NCBI GenBank assembly: GCA_027592325.1
Contig: JAQCKO010000005.1
Span: 202-64,201 of the forward strand
Reading direction: 5' to 3'
DNA from: a bacterium
GTDB lineage: Bacteria > Patescibacteriota > Patescibacteriia > UBA9934
Length of the DNA stretch: 64,000 bases
Each line of letters opens with the position of its first letter. The stretch's first letter is position 1. The notes below the pieces were generated by a model that made no database searches, was not told the origin of the DNA, and worked only from the letters and a program-made list of their open reading frames with translations. Shown here piece after piece: positions 19,955 through 29,735 of this stretch. The position numbers and the translations under genes are program-made.

Positions 19955-20338
19955 TTACACGCCTTCAAATACATCTACCGTCTTACCTTCTGGAAGGTAG
20001 ACGAGAGCTTTCTTATAATCACTGCGCTTTCCTGTCGTAAGCCCTATGCGTTTCTTTTTTCCGCGAACGCGAATAACATTCACTTTTTCGGGAAGAACAC
20101 CATACACCTCCTTAAAGGCTTGGCGCACAGCAATACGATTTGCATCCATCGCAACTTCGAAGACAATAACACCACTATCAGCTTGATGAGCTGTCTTTTC
20201 AGAAACGATTGGACGAACAAGCGTTCTAAGCGCCAATCGAGAGATACCTCGTTGTTTCTTTGAAACACTTACAGATGTTTTTGTTCCTTTCTTTTCAGCA
20301 GACTTTTTTGTCGCTGTTTTCTTTGCTTTCTCCGCCAT
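19955..20338 (-). CDS. rplW: 50S ribosomal protein L23 with an N-terminal K-rich extension
   Basis: The sequence is conserved. Confidence 0.85.
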   Translation of the reverse strand: MAEKAKKTATKKSAEKKGTKTSVSVSKKQRGISRLALRTLVRPIVSEKTAHQADSGVIVFEVAMDANRIAVRQAFKEVYGVLPEKVNVIRVRGKKKRIGLTTGKRSDYKKALVYLPEGKTVDVFEGV

Positions 20339-20340
20339 AC

Positions 20341-20973
20341 TTACTTGCTATAGGTCTTTTGCATGCGTTCAATCGCCGCTTCTGAAGCAATCACATATGT
20401 GAACTTCAATAGATCACGAACATTGAGGCTTTCTGCAGAAATTGCTTCTGTCTTTGGAAGATTTTCAACCGCACGCGCCGCTTCTCGTTCCTCTTTTGTA
20501 AGAACAATAAGCGCTGTCGCATTTGCTCCCGGAAGAGCAGCTCGCATTTTTGCCGCCTGCTTTGTTTTTGTGTCATCGAACCGCATTTCATCAACCGCGA
20601 TAAATACATCGTTGTTTACTTTATCGCTGAGTACCATCCGAAGGGCCTCTTTACGCATTTTCTTATTTACCTTCTTTCCAAACACGCGGTTAAGCGTTGG
20701 ACCGAATGTAATACCTCCCCCAACCCAAATTGGTGAGCGGCGTGAACCATGACGCGCACGTCCTGTCCCCTTTTGTTTCCATGGTTTTTTTCCACCTCCA
20801 CGTACCTCGCTACGATCCTTGGTGCTGCTTATAAGTGATCGGCCATTTGCTAATTGTGCAACAAACACTTCGTGCACAACATGCGGCTTCACCTCGCGAG
20901 CAAAAAGGTCGTCCGAAAGCGTTACGCTACCGGTTTCTTTTCCTTCTAGGTTGTATCGCTTTACTTCTGCCAT
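20341..20973 (-). CDS. rplD: 50S ribosomal protein L4
   Basis: The sequence is conserved. Confidence 0.9.
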   Translation of the reverse strand: MAEVKRYNLEGKETGSVTLSDDLFAREVKPHVVHEVFVAQLANGRSLISSTKDRSEVRGGGKKPWKQKGTGRARHGSRRSPIWVGGGITFGPTLNRVFGKKVNKKMRKEALRMVLSDKVNNDVFIAVDEMRFDDTKTKQAAKMRAALPGANATALIVLTKEEREAARAVENLPKTEAISAESLNVRDLLKFTYVIASEAAIERMQKTYSK

Positions 20974-21581
20974 ACATTTCCGTCAGAGCTGAGAATGCTT
21001 ACAATACTTCCACGAGCTCCAGGAATAGCTCCTTTAATCGCTACCGTATTGTTTTCTTTATTAACCTCAACAATTTCGAGATTTTGAACCGTCACTTGAT
21101 TCCCTCCCATACGACCTGCCATGCGTACACCTTTAAATACACGCTGTGGGCCTCCTGCACCAATAGAACCTGGCATACGTAGCTGGTCTTTGTGACCGTG
21201 TGACGCTGGACTTCCTGAGAACTTGTGGCGCTTTACCACACCTTGAAATCCTTTTCCTTTCGAGGTTCCAACAACAGTTACAACGTCGCCAGATGTAAAG
21301 ACATCAGCAGCGAATACCGCCCCTTCAGAAGGAACGTCACCGTCAATAGGAAACTCACGCGTAAGCTCGAAAGATCCAAGCTCTTTCCATTCCCCCTTCT
21401 GTGCTTTCTTAATTTTTTTCTTCTCACCAAATCCAAGCACAATCGCTGTTTTACCAGCTGGATTTGTTTTGACAGCGGTTACGGTACATGGACCTGCGTC
21501 AACAAGTGTCACAGGCACAACCGTTCCGTCATCTTTGAAGATTTGCGTCATTTCGCGTTTTTTTCCAAGAAGGATTTTCAT
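20961..21581 (-). CDS. rplC: 50S ribosomal protein L3
   Basis: The start is taken at MKILLGKKREMTQIF. Confidence 0.9.
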   Translation of the reverse strand: MKILLGKKREMTQIFKDDGTVVPVTLVDAGPCTVTAVKTNPAGKTAIVLGFGEKKKIKKAQKGEWKELGSFELTREFPIDGDVPSEGAVFAADVFTSGDVVTVVGTSKGKGFQGVVKRHKFSGSPASHGHKDQLRMPGSIGAGGPQRVFKGVRMAGRMGGNQVTVQNLEIVEVNKENNTVAIKGAIPGARGSIVSILSSDGNVWQK

Positions 21582-21866
21582 ATTTATTGAATAGTGGAAA
21601 ATCACCTAACTTTTGCATCACAAAAGCTAGAAGTCACTTCTCAACGTCGTTAAGAAAAGGCTTCTAGCCCTAAAAACAAGCTCATTTGTCTTTTAGGTGG
21701 TGTGGTTTTTAATGATTCCTTTCTTTTGCGCCTTGATGCTATCTGAGGAAGGTTTTCACGAGGATCTTTCTTCCTTGTAGTCAGGGTGCGTTTGGGCACT
21801 TCTCGGCCTCTGCGAAGGGCTTATCCCTCGCACTGGCCGAGAAGCCAGTGTTACGCAAATGCGTAA

Positions 21867-22202
21867 TTACATTTTGATTTCAACATCCACGCCAGACGGG
21901 AGGTTGAGGGTCATGAGAGCATCGATAGTACTCTCCCCAGGATTCACAATGTCAATAAGACGCTTGTGAACGCGTACTTCGTATTGATCACGCGCTTTTT
22001 TGTAGACGAATGTTGAACGGTTTACCGTGTATCGGCGTTTTTCGGTAGGAAGCGGTACTGGACCGTGAACGGTCGCTCCACTTCTTTCCGCCGTTTTAAT
22101 AATCGTCTTGGTCGCCGTATCGATAATACGGTGATCATATGAGCGGATCTTAATACGAATACGCTGCTTTGCCTCCTCTTTATTGTTGTCTTGCGTGGTC
22201 AT
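21867..22202 (-). CDS. rpsJ: 30S ribosomal protein S10
   Basis: The sequence is conserved. Confidence 0.9.
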   Translation of the reverse strand: MTTQDNNKEEAKQRIRIKIRSYDHRIIDTATKTIIKTAERSGATVHGPVPLPTEKRRYTVNRSTFVYKKARDQYEVRVHKRLIDIVNPGESTIDALMTLNLPSGVDVEIKM

Positions 22203-22228
22203 ATCGTAAAGAACAAATTACGTGAATG

Positions 22229-23407
22229 TTATTCAACAATCTTCGTTACAACTCCTGCACCAACAGTTCGTCCACCTTCACGAATAGCGAAACGCATCTG
22301 CTCTTCCATCGCTACTGGAACGATAAGGTTGATTGTTGCGTTTACGGTGTCGCCAGGCATAACCATCTCTGTTCCCTCAGGAAGAGCGGTTACTTCACCT
22401 GTTACATCTGTTGTTCGGATGAAGAATTGCGGTTTGTATCCCTTGAAGAATGGCTTGTGACGCCCACCTTCTTCTTTGGTAAGTGCATAAAGCTCAGCTT
22501 CAAACTTTGTATGCGGAGTTACTGTTCCTGTCTTTGCAAGAACCATTCCACGCTCTACATCTTCTTTCTTGATTCCACGAAGAAGAAGTCCAGCATTGTC
22601 TCCTGCCATACCTTTATCGAGCTGCTTGTTGAACATCTCGATTCCTGTAACAACAGTCTTCGTTGTGTCGCGAAGTCCAACCATTTCGATTTCATCGTTT
22701 AGGTTGATCATTCCACGCTCGATACGACCGGTTACAACCGTTCCACGGCCTTCAATTGAGAAAACATCCTCAATCGGCATAAGGAAATCCTTATCAGTAT
22801 CACGCTCTGGCGTAGGAATGTATTCATCGAGTGCTTTGAGAAGCTCAGCGATGTGACCCTGGTGAGTCGCATCTCCTTCAAGTGCCTTAAGCGCTGATCC
22901 ACGAATAATTGGTGTTTCTGCACCCGGATATTCGTACTGATTAAGAAGGTCTCGTACTTCCTCTTCCACAAGATCAACAAGCTCAGCGTCATCAACCATG
23001 TCGACTTTATTGAGGAAAACAACAATCTTAGGCACTCCAACTTGGCGTGCTAGAAGAATGTGTTCACGTGTCTGAGGCATAGGACCATCAGCCGCTGATA
23101 CCACAAGAATAGCGCCATCCATTTGCGCAGCACCTGTAATCATGTTCTTTACATAGTCCGCGTGACCTGGACAGTCAACGTGTGCATAGTGGCGTGCTTC
23201 ACTTTCATATTCAACGTGTGAAGTAGAGATGGTGATTCCACGCTCTCGCTCCTCAGGAGCTTTGTCGATTTGGTCGAATGCCTTCTTTTGTCCTCCTGGA
23301 GAGAACTGTAAAGAGAGTGTCGCCGTAAGCGTCGTCTTTCCGTGGTCAACGTGACCAATGGTTCCAACGTTAACGTGTGGCTTTGACCGGTCAAAATGTT
23401 CTGCCAT
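22229..23407 (-). CDS. tuf: Elongation factor Tu
   Basis: The motifs [14 protein letters not shown] and NKVD are present. The start is [13 protein letters not shown]. Confidence 0.95.
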   Translation of the reverse strand: MAEHFDRSKPHVNVGTIGHVDHGKTTLTATLSLQFSPGGQKKAFDQIDKAPEERERGITISTSHVEYESEARHYAHVDCPGHADYVKNMITGAAQMDGAILVVSAADGPMPQTREHILLARQVGVPKIVVFLNKVDMVDDAELVDLVEEEVRDLLNQYEYPGAETPIIRGSALKALEGDATHQGHIAELLKALDEYIPTPERDTDKDFLMPIEDVFSIEGRGTVVTGRIERGMINLNDEIEMVGLRDTTKTVVTGIEMFNKQLDKGMAGDNAGLLLRGIKKEDVERGMVLAKTGTVTPHTKFEAELYALTKEEGGRHKPFFKGYKPQFFIRTTDVTGEVTALPEGTEMVMPGDTVNATINLIVPVAMEEQMRFAIREGGRTVGAGVVTKIVE

Positions 23408-23534
23408 AACGAAGTTAACTTCTAGGAAATTCCTTAAATTAAGTGCGGCGATTGTAACAAAATCCTTAAAATAATGCAAGTGCAACGTAGTAAAATTTTG
23501 TCAAGCTGATGCTTTAAAGCGTTTTTTGGCTAAA

Positions 23535-23562
23535 GCAAGAGAAAATCCCTAGTTTTCCAGGG
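23535..23562 (-). terminator. Intrinsic terminator after the Phd-like gene
   Basis: In minus sense the hairpin auccctgg-aaaa-cuagggau is followed by a U-rich tract. Confidence 0.5.
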
Positions 23563-23563
23563 A

Positions 23564-23983
23564 TTATTCTAGGCTTTCAAGATAGAAGCGTTCTTCGGCT
23601 TCAAATGCGCCATCAGGCTCCTCTTCACGTCCGGGAATTGGCTCATACGCCCGATCACCCGTCGTTGTCTGCGTCTTTTCGATAGGGATTCGTGTCTCAG
23701 TTTTGGCAACAGGAAGGCCAACTGGGGCTTCCTGCATAACCGACCCCGGTGCTTCCGATGATGCAGTAAGCGCTTCTTGTCTGGGCTCGTGCTTTTGCTC
23801 AGGTGGCGGTTGCAGTGCTGGAGAAGACGCAGCGTCCGCGACAGGCTGCCCGCCAGAGCGAAGCGATGCATACGTCTCAAACGGAACAATGACCACCGGA
23901 TGCTCGGCTGTTTCATTCGTCACAATCACAGTCTCACCCGTTTTCTGTGCAAGTCGCAAAATACGCGCAAATTGGTCGTTCAT
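23564..23983 (-). CDS. Protein with an N-terminal Phd/YefM-like (antitoxin-type) domain and a P/E/A-rich disordered tail
   Basis: FARILRLAQKTGETVIVTNETAEHPVVIVPFETYASL fits the Phd/YefM beta-alpha pattern. The C-terminal 80 aa are low complexity. Confidence 0.45.
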   Translation of the reverse strand: MNDQFARILRLAQKTGETVIVTNETAEHPVVIVPFETYASLRSGGQPVADAASSPALQPPPEQKHEPRQEALTASSEAPGSVMQEAPVGLPVAKTETRIPIEKTQTTTGDRAYEPIPGREEEPDGAFEAEERFYLESLE

Positions 23984-24124
23984 ATGTGGTGGTAAAAGGA
24001 TGTAGAGGTCGTAAAGGCGCAGAAGTTTTAATAGTTATAAAGGCTTCTACGCCATTATGCGCATCTTAGAGAAAAAGGTGAAAAGGGGCAAGCGGGGGTG
24101 CTCGAGATGTTGAAAAACGAAGGA

Positions 24125-24260
24125 TCGGCCTTCGGCCTCGTTGGAAGCGTTGGTTCCTCGTCACCCCTGCGCAGGCAGGGGTCCAGCGTATACCGATTGC
24201 ACTTCGATGGATTCCTGCTCCCTGCTGCGCAGGGACAGGCTTCGCAGGAATGACGAATAA
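24125..24260. repeat. Cluster of GC-rich REP-like hairpins (aatgacg family), copy R1
   Basis: The cluster includes acccctgc-gcag-gcaggggt and attcctgc...gcaggaatgacg. It is homologous to the cluster at 59961-60090. Confidence 0.75.
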
Positions 24261-24409
24261 TTACTGCATCCAACGGCTCTGCAGCCTCATACACGTTCAC
24301 CTCGAGCGAGTGAGCGCAGCGAACACAACGTCTTCAACGAGCAAGGAAAAGCCGATCTATCCAAAGAGAAATCCCCCGCTACCAGGTGGCATTGGGGGAT
24401 TACGAGAGC

Positions 24410-24877
24410 CTAGTTCCCCCTTCGCTTCGCGCGTACTCGAGCAATGAGCCCATTATCGCCGAAGAGCGCATGACTGGCGGAAGAGGGCGTTATGATCAAG
24501 CCTCCCGTGCGAACGACGAATTTCTGTCGAAAAACTCGCGCATGGAGGCCTGCTGGAATAGGATCCTGGCACAGGAGAGCCACGAGCGGGGCATAGTCGA
24601 TCTCCTCTTCGATGGCAGTCAGCATTTCTGCCCAGCACCACGTTACTGACGTATCCTTTCCCGTCCAAGGCAACAGGATGAGAATGTCCGGCCTCACACA
24701 CGCAACTTGCTCTGCCACCTCTTCTGGAAAGCGAGCTATGCACGGTCTTCTCATATCGGTATAGACCATTGATTCTTCCGTACTGCCCAACGGAAACCAC
24801 GCATCGAGCGCCCGCCTTCCCGCATCCGCTTGCGCACTCCCCGCTCCAAGAATGTATTGAACCGTCACATGGCGCAT
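24410..24877 (-). CDS. Hypothetical protein in a high-GC island, with a strong RBS
   Basis: In minus sense AAAAAGGAGAGGTAAGCA precedes the ATG. The protein reads MRHVTVQYILGAGSAQADAGRRALDAWFPLG.... It has no recognisable family. An overlapping alternative frame at 24453-24944 looks non-protein-like. Confidence 0.45.
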   Translation of the reverse strand: MRHVTVQYILGAGSAQADAGRRALDAWFPLGSTEESMVYTDMRRPCIARFPEEVAEQVACVRPDILILLPWTGKDTSVTWCWAEMLTAIEEEIDYAPLVALLCQDPIPAGLHARVFRQKFVVRTGGLIITPSSASHALFGDNGLIARVRAKRRGN

Positions 24878-25002
24878 TGCTTACCTCTCCTTTTTCAGAA
24901 TGAACGTTACAGGTAACCTTAGCGCATTTCACGCCTCGCGTCAACCTGACACAGAAATAAAACCTTTGAAGCCTTTACGACCTTTTACCGACTTTCCAAA
25001 CG

Positions 25003-25031
25003 AAAAACCCCAAGCTCCGCAGAGCCGGGGG
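25003..25031 (-). terminator. Intrinsic terminator after the alpha-CTD-like gene
   Basis: In minus sense the hairpin ccccggcucugcggagcuugggg is followed by UUUUU. Confidence 0.55.
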
Positions 25032-25056
25032 TACGACGAGGGCGACTGGGTGGAGC

Positions 25057-25545
25057 TCAGTTGCCGGGCAGCTGATCACGAATCTCAGCGATATCCATGT
25101 CAAGATTCAGAGCGAAATCATCCAATACCCTCTTGATCTCACGGAGGAGCTTGGTCCCTATGCCCTTCGTTTTGCGGATCTCAGCCTCGCTCTTCTCCGC
25201 AATATGCCAGACGTAGACAAACCCTGCATCCGACAGAATATTCTGTAGACGCACGGAAATTTCCAACTTCCCGACTGACTGGCTGAGCGCCTCCACCTTC
25301 GTGAGTGCCCTTGGGTTGCTCGGCAAATTATCTGCAGTCTGAGTCTGCGGAGCCTTCTTTGGTTCATCAGGAACGGGAAGGAGCATCAACGGACCGATGG
25401 TACGGGCTCCTACTCGCGTCGGTCGAACCTTAACGGTGACCACGACCCCCAGAAGTTGCAGCAAAGCCTCGAAGTCTTGTGTGTTCTCAGCTCCCTCGGG
25501 CAGCTCGATAACCTTGTCGCCAAACTCAATCTTGTACGTAGCCAA
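25057..25545 (-). CDS. Free-standing protein with a C-terminal RNA polymerase alpha-subunit CTD-like helix-hairpin-helix domain
   Basis: LEISVRLQNILSDAGFVYVWHIAEKSEAEIRKTKGIGTKLLREIKRVL parallels E. coli alpha-CTD [48 protein letters not shown]. The N-terminal 90 aa are unrelated to the RpoA NTD. Confidence 0.6.
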   Translation of the reverse strand: MATYKIEFGDKVIELPEGAENTQDFEALLQLLGVVVTVKVRPTRVGARTIGPLMLLPVPDEPKKAPQTQTADNLPSNPRALTKVEALSQSVGKLEISVRLQNILSDAGFVYVWHIAEKSEAEIRKTKGIGTKLLREIKRVLDDFALNLDMDIAEIRDQLPGN

Positions 25546-25601
25546 TGAACACCTCTTTTTGCAGCTTATGCTGCGCTTGAGTAATTGTCTTTCGACGAAC
25601 T

Positions 25602-25630
25602 ATCATACGAATTAAACAATGATTTGTCAA
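25602..25630 (-). promoter_or_regulatory. Near-consensus sigma70 promoter for the alpha-CTD-like gene
   Basis: In minus sense it reads TTGACA, a 17-nt spacer, then TATGAT. Confidence 0.55.
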
Positions 25631-25662
25631 CAAAAAAAGCAGGCCCGAAGGCCCACTCTTTT
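25631..25662 (-). terminator. Intrinsic terminator after fusA
   Basis: In minus sense the hairpin gggccuucgggccugc is followed by UUUUUUU. Confidence 0.6.
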
Positions 25663-25717
25663 ATTTGGCACATGCCATGCGCCGCTACTCGCTACTTTCT
25701 AATAGCTACTAGCTAAT

Positions 25718-27817
25718 TTACCCATTCCGCTTCTCCTTTATCTCTTTTGCCACATTATTTGGCACTTCTTGGTATTCATGGAATTCCATTGAATAGCTCG
25801 CACGTCCTTGCGTCATGCTGCGGAGCGATGTTGCGTATCCGAACATTTCAGAGAGAGGAACAATCGCGCGTACAATCTTAATATTTCCACGATCACTCAT
25901 TTCCTGAATTTGTCCGCGTTTTCCATTGAGGTCACCTACAACGGTTCCCATCGATTCTTCCGGCGTCACAACCTCAACTTTCATGGTTGGCTCAAGAAGT
26001 ACCGGACTTGCATTACGAAGAGCTTCTGCAAGCGCCATTGAACCTGCCATCTTGAAGGCTGCTTCATTTGAGTCCACTTCATGGTATGAACCATCGTAAA
26101 GACGTGCCCTTACATTAATGACCGGATATCCAGCAATAACCCCACGATCCATCGCTTCACGCATTCCCTTTTCAATCGCCGGAATATATTCCTTCGGAAT
26201 AGAACCTCCTTTAATTTCATCAACGAATTCAAATGTCTGTGCATCTTCATCCGCGCCTTCCACTGGAGCGAGCGGCTCAATACGGACCTTTGCGTGACCA
26301 TATTGTCCGCGTCCTCCAGACTGCTTAACGTACTTTCCTTCTGCTTCCGCGCTGCTCTTAATCGTTTCACGATAACTCACTTGCGGCTTTCCAACATTCA
26401 CTTCTACGCCGAATTCACGCTTCATACGGTCGATAATAATATCGAGGTGAAGCTCTCCCATTCCAGATACGATTGTCTGATTGGTTTCTTCATCGGTTCG
26501 CACACGGAAGGTTGGGTCTTCTTCTGCAAGCTTTGAAAGCGCGATTGAAAGCTTTTCTTGATCTGCTTTTGTTAGCGGTTCAAGCGCTTGCGAGATAACT
26601 GGTTCTGGGAAGGTAATTGACTCAAGCACGATTGGCTTTGCAGGGTCACAAAGTGTGTTTCCAGTCGTCGTATTTTTTAGTCCCACAGCTGCCGCAATTT
26701 CTCCGGCAAACACTTCGTTTACATCTTCACGTGAATTTGCATGAAGCCGCACAATACGTGAAACACGTTCCTTTTCTCCTGTTGACGCATTGAGTACATA
26801 TGTTCCTGCCTTCAGCATTCCTGAATACACACGGAAGAACGCAAGTTTTCCAACGAATGGGTCTGTTGCGATTTTGAACGCAAGCGCCGAAAACGGCTCT
26901 TCATCTGCTGCTTCTCGCTTTTGTACATTTGTCTCGTCGTCTGGGTGAAACCCTTCAACCGCTGGAATGTCAAGTGGTGATGGAAGATAGTCCACAACGG
27001 CATCGATCATCATTTGCACACCTTTATTTTTCAGTGCCGATCCACAAAGCACTGGAACGATATCTAGACGGATCGTTGCCGCGCGAAGGACACGCTTTAA
27101 ATCTTCTATCGCAATCTCTTCTCCGGCAAGATACTTCTCCATGAGCGATTCATCATTTTCCGCAATCGCTTCTACAAGTTTTGCACGCCATGTTTCTGCT
27201 TGCTCCTTGTACTCATCTGGAATATCGATTTCATCAACTTGACGTCCTTCTTCATCTCGGTACATGAAGGCCTTCATCTTCAAAAGATCGATAATCCCCT
27301 CAAACGCATCTTCTTTTCCGATCGGAAGCTGAATTGGATAGGCCTTCTTGGTAAGACGCGCGTGAATTGAATCAAGGTCTTTGAAGAAATCTGCCCCAGT
27401 TCGGTCTAGTTTATTGATATAACAAATACGCGGTACTTTGTACTTATCAGCTTGGTGCCAAACAGTTTCAGACTGCGGCTCTACACCTGCTACACCGTCG
27501 AATACGGTTACTCCGCCATCGAGTACGCGAAGTGAACGCTCTACCTCTACCGTAAAGTCTACGTGACCAGGTGTATCGATGATATTAATTCGGTGATCCT
27601 TCCAGAAACAGGTGGTTGCTGCAGCAGTAATGGTAATTCCGCGCTCACGTTCTTGCTCCATCCAGTCCATTTCCGCTTCCCCTTCATGAACCTCACCAAT
27701 GCGATGCTTTTTACCAGTGTAAAAGAGAACACGCTCGGTTGTGGTTGTTTTACCGGCATCAATATGGGCGATAATTCCGATATTACGTGTTCGCTCAAGG
27801 GGATATTGTCGGGGCAT
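25718..27817 (-). CDS. fusA: Elongation factor G
   Basis: The motifs [17 protein letters not shown] and the EF-G domain IV/V signature are present. Confidence 0.95.
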   Translation of the reverse strand: MPRQYPLERTRNIGIIAHIDAGKTTTTERVLFYTGKKHRIGEVHEGEAEMDWMEQERERGITITAAATTCFWKDHRINIIDTPGHVDFTVEVERSLRVLDGGVTVFDGVAGVEPQSETVWHQADKYKVPRICYINKLDRTGADFFKDLDSIHARLTKKAYPIQLPIGKEDAFEGIIDLLKMKAFMYRDEEGRQVDEIDIPDEYKEQAETWRAKLVEAIAENDESLMEKYLAGEEIAIEDLKRVLRAATIRLDIVPVLCGSALKNKGVQMMIDAVVDYLPSPLDIPAVEGFHPDDETNVQKREAADEEPFSALAFKIATDPFVGKLAFFRVYSGMLKAGTYVLNASTGEKERVSRIVRLHANSREDVNEVFAGEIAAAVGLKNTTTGNTLCDPAKPIVLESITFPEPVISQALEPLTKADQEKLSIALSKLAEEDPTFRVRTDEETNQTIVSGMGELHLDIIIDRMKREFGVEVNVGKPQVSYRETIKSSAEAEGKYVKQSGGRGQYGHAKVRIEPLAPVEGADEDAQTFEFVDEIKGGSIPKEYIPAIEKGMREAMDRGVIAGYPVINVRARLYDGSYHEVDSNEAAFKMAGSMALAEALRNASPVLLEPTMKVEVVTPEESMGTVVGDLNGKRGQIQEMSDRGNIKIVRAIVPLSEMFGYATSLRSMTQGRASYSMEFHEYQEVPNNVAKEIKEKRNG

Positions 27818-27867
27818 AACGTGTGATTAGTGAAAAGTGTTTAGGGAAATTGATCTGATTATAGTCG

Positions 27868-27892
27868 ATTTTCAGAAGCGAGAAAAACGCCA
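27868..27892 (-). terminator. Weak terminator or attenuator hairpin between rpsG and fusA
   Basis: In minus sense the hairpin aaacgcc-uuuu-ggcguuu is followed by a U-containing tract. Confidence 0.35.
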
Positions 27893-27900
27893 AAAGGCGT

Positions 27901-28371
27901 TTATCGTCGCGCAAAGTGCGCGAATGCGCGGTTTGCTTCCGCCATACGCTGCACGTCTTGTTTTTTCTTGATCGTTGGTCCTTCGTTCTCAGCCATCGCC
28001 ATGAGTTCGTTCGCAAGACGTATAGCCATTGGCTTTCCTTTTGCCTTACGCGCCGCTTCAAGCATCCACCGATAAACAAGGGCATAGCGTCGGTCTCCAC
28101 GTACAGGGATTGGCACTTGATAGTTTGCTCCACCAACACGACGAGACTTTACCTCAACGCTCGGCGCGCCGTTTTTGATTGCGAGATTAAAGATATCCAT
28201 TGCAGGTTTCTTTGTCTTGTCTTCCATGTACACAAAAGCATCGTATACAACACGTTCTGCAACAGATTTTTTTCCATCCATCATGACGTAATTAATCAGC
28301 TTCGTCACGAATGGACTTCCGTATTTTCGATCAGGCGCGAGTTCGCGCTTTGGGGCTTGTTTTCCACGCAT
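27901..28371 (-). CDS. rpsG: 30S ribosomal protein S7
   Basis: The sequence is conserved. Confidence 0.95.
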   Translation of the reverse strand: MRGKQAPKRELAPDRKYGSPFVTKLINYVMMDGKKSVAERVVYDAFVYMEDKTKKPAMDIFNLAIKNGAPSVEVKSRRVGGANYQVPIPVRGDRRYALVYRWMLEAARKAKGKPMAIRLANELMAMAENEGPTIKKKQDVQRMAEANRAFAHFARR

Positions 28372-28505
28372 AGTCTTATAGATAATATGTCTGGAATCTT
28401 CCCGCCGTAGTATGCGGTACTCCAGACGTTAATAGAGCTGTTAGCTGATAGCATTTAGTCGTTAGCCGAGGCTAATAGCTAATTGCTAACCGCTAATAGC
28501 TTTCG

Positions 28506-28925
28506 TTACTTTTTAGGCTTCTTTGTTCCGTACTTAGAACGACTCTGGTTGCGACCATCTACACCAGCGGTGTCATAGCGACCACGAACAACGTGATAAC
28601 GCACACCAGGAAGATCTTTTACACGTCCACCGCGAATTTGCACGATAGAGTGTTCCTGAAGATTATGTCCTTCCCCAGGGATATACGCATTCACTTCCAT
28701 TCCATTTGAAAGGCGAACACGCGCTACTTTTCGCAGCGCCGAGTTTGGCTTTTTTGGTGTCATGGTGAATACACGCGTACAGACACCGCGCTTAAACGGT
28801 GCGCCACGACGAAGTTCGGTCTTGCGACGATGAAGTGTGTCCATCGTGAATTGCATCGCTGGAGACTTCGATTTTTTTGATTTAGATGACCGTCCTTTTC
28901 GGACGAGCTGATTCATTGTTGGCAT
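28506..28925 (-). CDS. rpsL: 30S ribosomal protein S12
   Basis: The sequence is conserved, including the [10 protein letters not shown] motif. Confidence 0.95.
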   Translation of the reverse strand: MPTMNQLVRKGRSSKSKKSKSPAMQFTMDTLHRRKTELRRGAPFKRGVCTRVFTMTPKKPNSALRKVARVRLSNGMEVNAYIPGEGHNLQEHSIVQIRGGRVKDLPGVRYHVVRGRYDTAGVDGRNQSRSKYGTKKPKK

Positions 28926-29321
28926 AAAGATGGCCGAAAATTATCATAAACAAGATTTTTGGTCAAGGGGATTTGGTTGCTAGAGGTGGGAGGTTTGAGG
29001 TTGGAGGTTTGGGGTATGAAGAATATGGTTACAAGCACGAAAAACGCATCCTTCCGGGCTTGACCCAGAATCCATCGTTTTTCACTCGTTTGAATAGATC
29101 TTCCGCTATGCTCCCGCCTTCGCTCTTTGAGCTTCGGACGGGCAAGCTAGAATGCAAATTCCCTGACGAATGTGAGGGATCTACTCGAAATACCCGCACG
29201 TCAGTCGATGACCGCACCCTCCCCTTAGCCCCCGTCCGTCCAACGAAGGACGTCGCGGGGGATTGTCATTAATGACCAATTAAATACCAAGCTTCATTCC
29301 GCTTTTCACAAAGGAGGCTCT

Positions 29322-29483
29322 ATGCCTGTTCTTGATCCAGGAATTGGCACTTTCTTGTCGGTTGCCGCGCTGATGCTCATCGACATCCCGATTCTGATTC
29401 TCATCGACTTTCGTGATTTACAAACACAGAGAAGAACTGAACGCATCTCTCCCCTCGCCATTGTGCGAGGGAGCCATATTTGA
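29322..29483 (+). CDS. Small hydrophobic protein (53 aa, 1 TM) with a consensus SD
   Basis: AAGGAGG lies 5 nt upstream of the ATG. The protein reads MPVLDPGIGTFLSVAALMLIDIPILILIDF.... It is absent from the ORF track because it is under 60 aa. Confidence 0.4.
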   Translation: MPVLDPGIGTFLSVAALMLIDIPILILIDFRDLQTQRRTERISPLAIVRGSHI

Positions 29484-29497
29484 TATACTCCTCTTAT

Positions 29498-29677
29498 ATG
29501 AATAAACAAATCTTTACCTCACTTGGTGTACTCGCCCTAATTGTTGCCGGCCTTATGTGGATTGTCGGTGGAAATAATCCAAATCTTTCAGAACTCGCCG
29601 ATCTGTGGTGGCTCCCAATTCCACTTGGAGTTATTCTTATTCTCATTGGAATGAAGAAGGATAAGGGGGAAAAGTAA
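29498..29677 (+). CDS. Small membrane protein (about 59 aa, 2 TM)
   Basis: MNKQIFTSLGVLALIVAGLMWIVGG...WWLPIPLGVILILIGMKKDKGEK starts immediately downstream of the previous small ORF and is followed by a hairpin. Confidence 0.45.
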   Translation: MNKQIFTSLGVLALIVAGLMWIVGGNNPNLSELADLWWLPIPLGVILILIGMKKDKGEK

Positions 29678-29687
29678 AGGTAGACAG

Positions 29688-29727
29688 TGCAATAACAAAA
29701 CAGACCGACGGTCTGTTTTGTTATTGC
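29688..29727. terminator. Long hairpin between convergent genes
   Basis: caataacaaaacagaccg-acgg-tctgttttgttattg. Confidence 0.4.
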
Positions 29728-29735
29728 AAGCGGCT

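Noticed and set aside
24453-24944. Alternative-frame 163-aa ORF overlapping 24410-24877
   Set aside because: Its composition is Cys/Arg/Gly-rich and junk-like. The other frame has a perfect RBS and protein-like composition.
28973-29272. Track ORF of 99 aa upstream of rpsL
   Set aside because: It translates the G/T quasi-repeat and promoter region and has no RBS.
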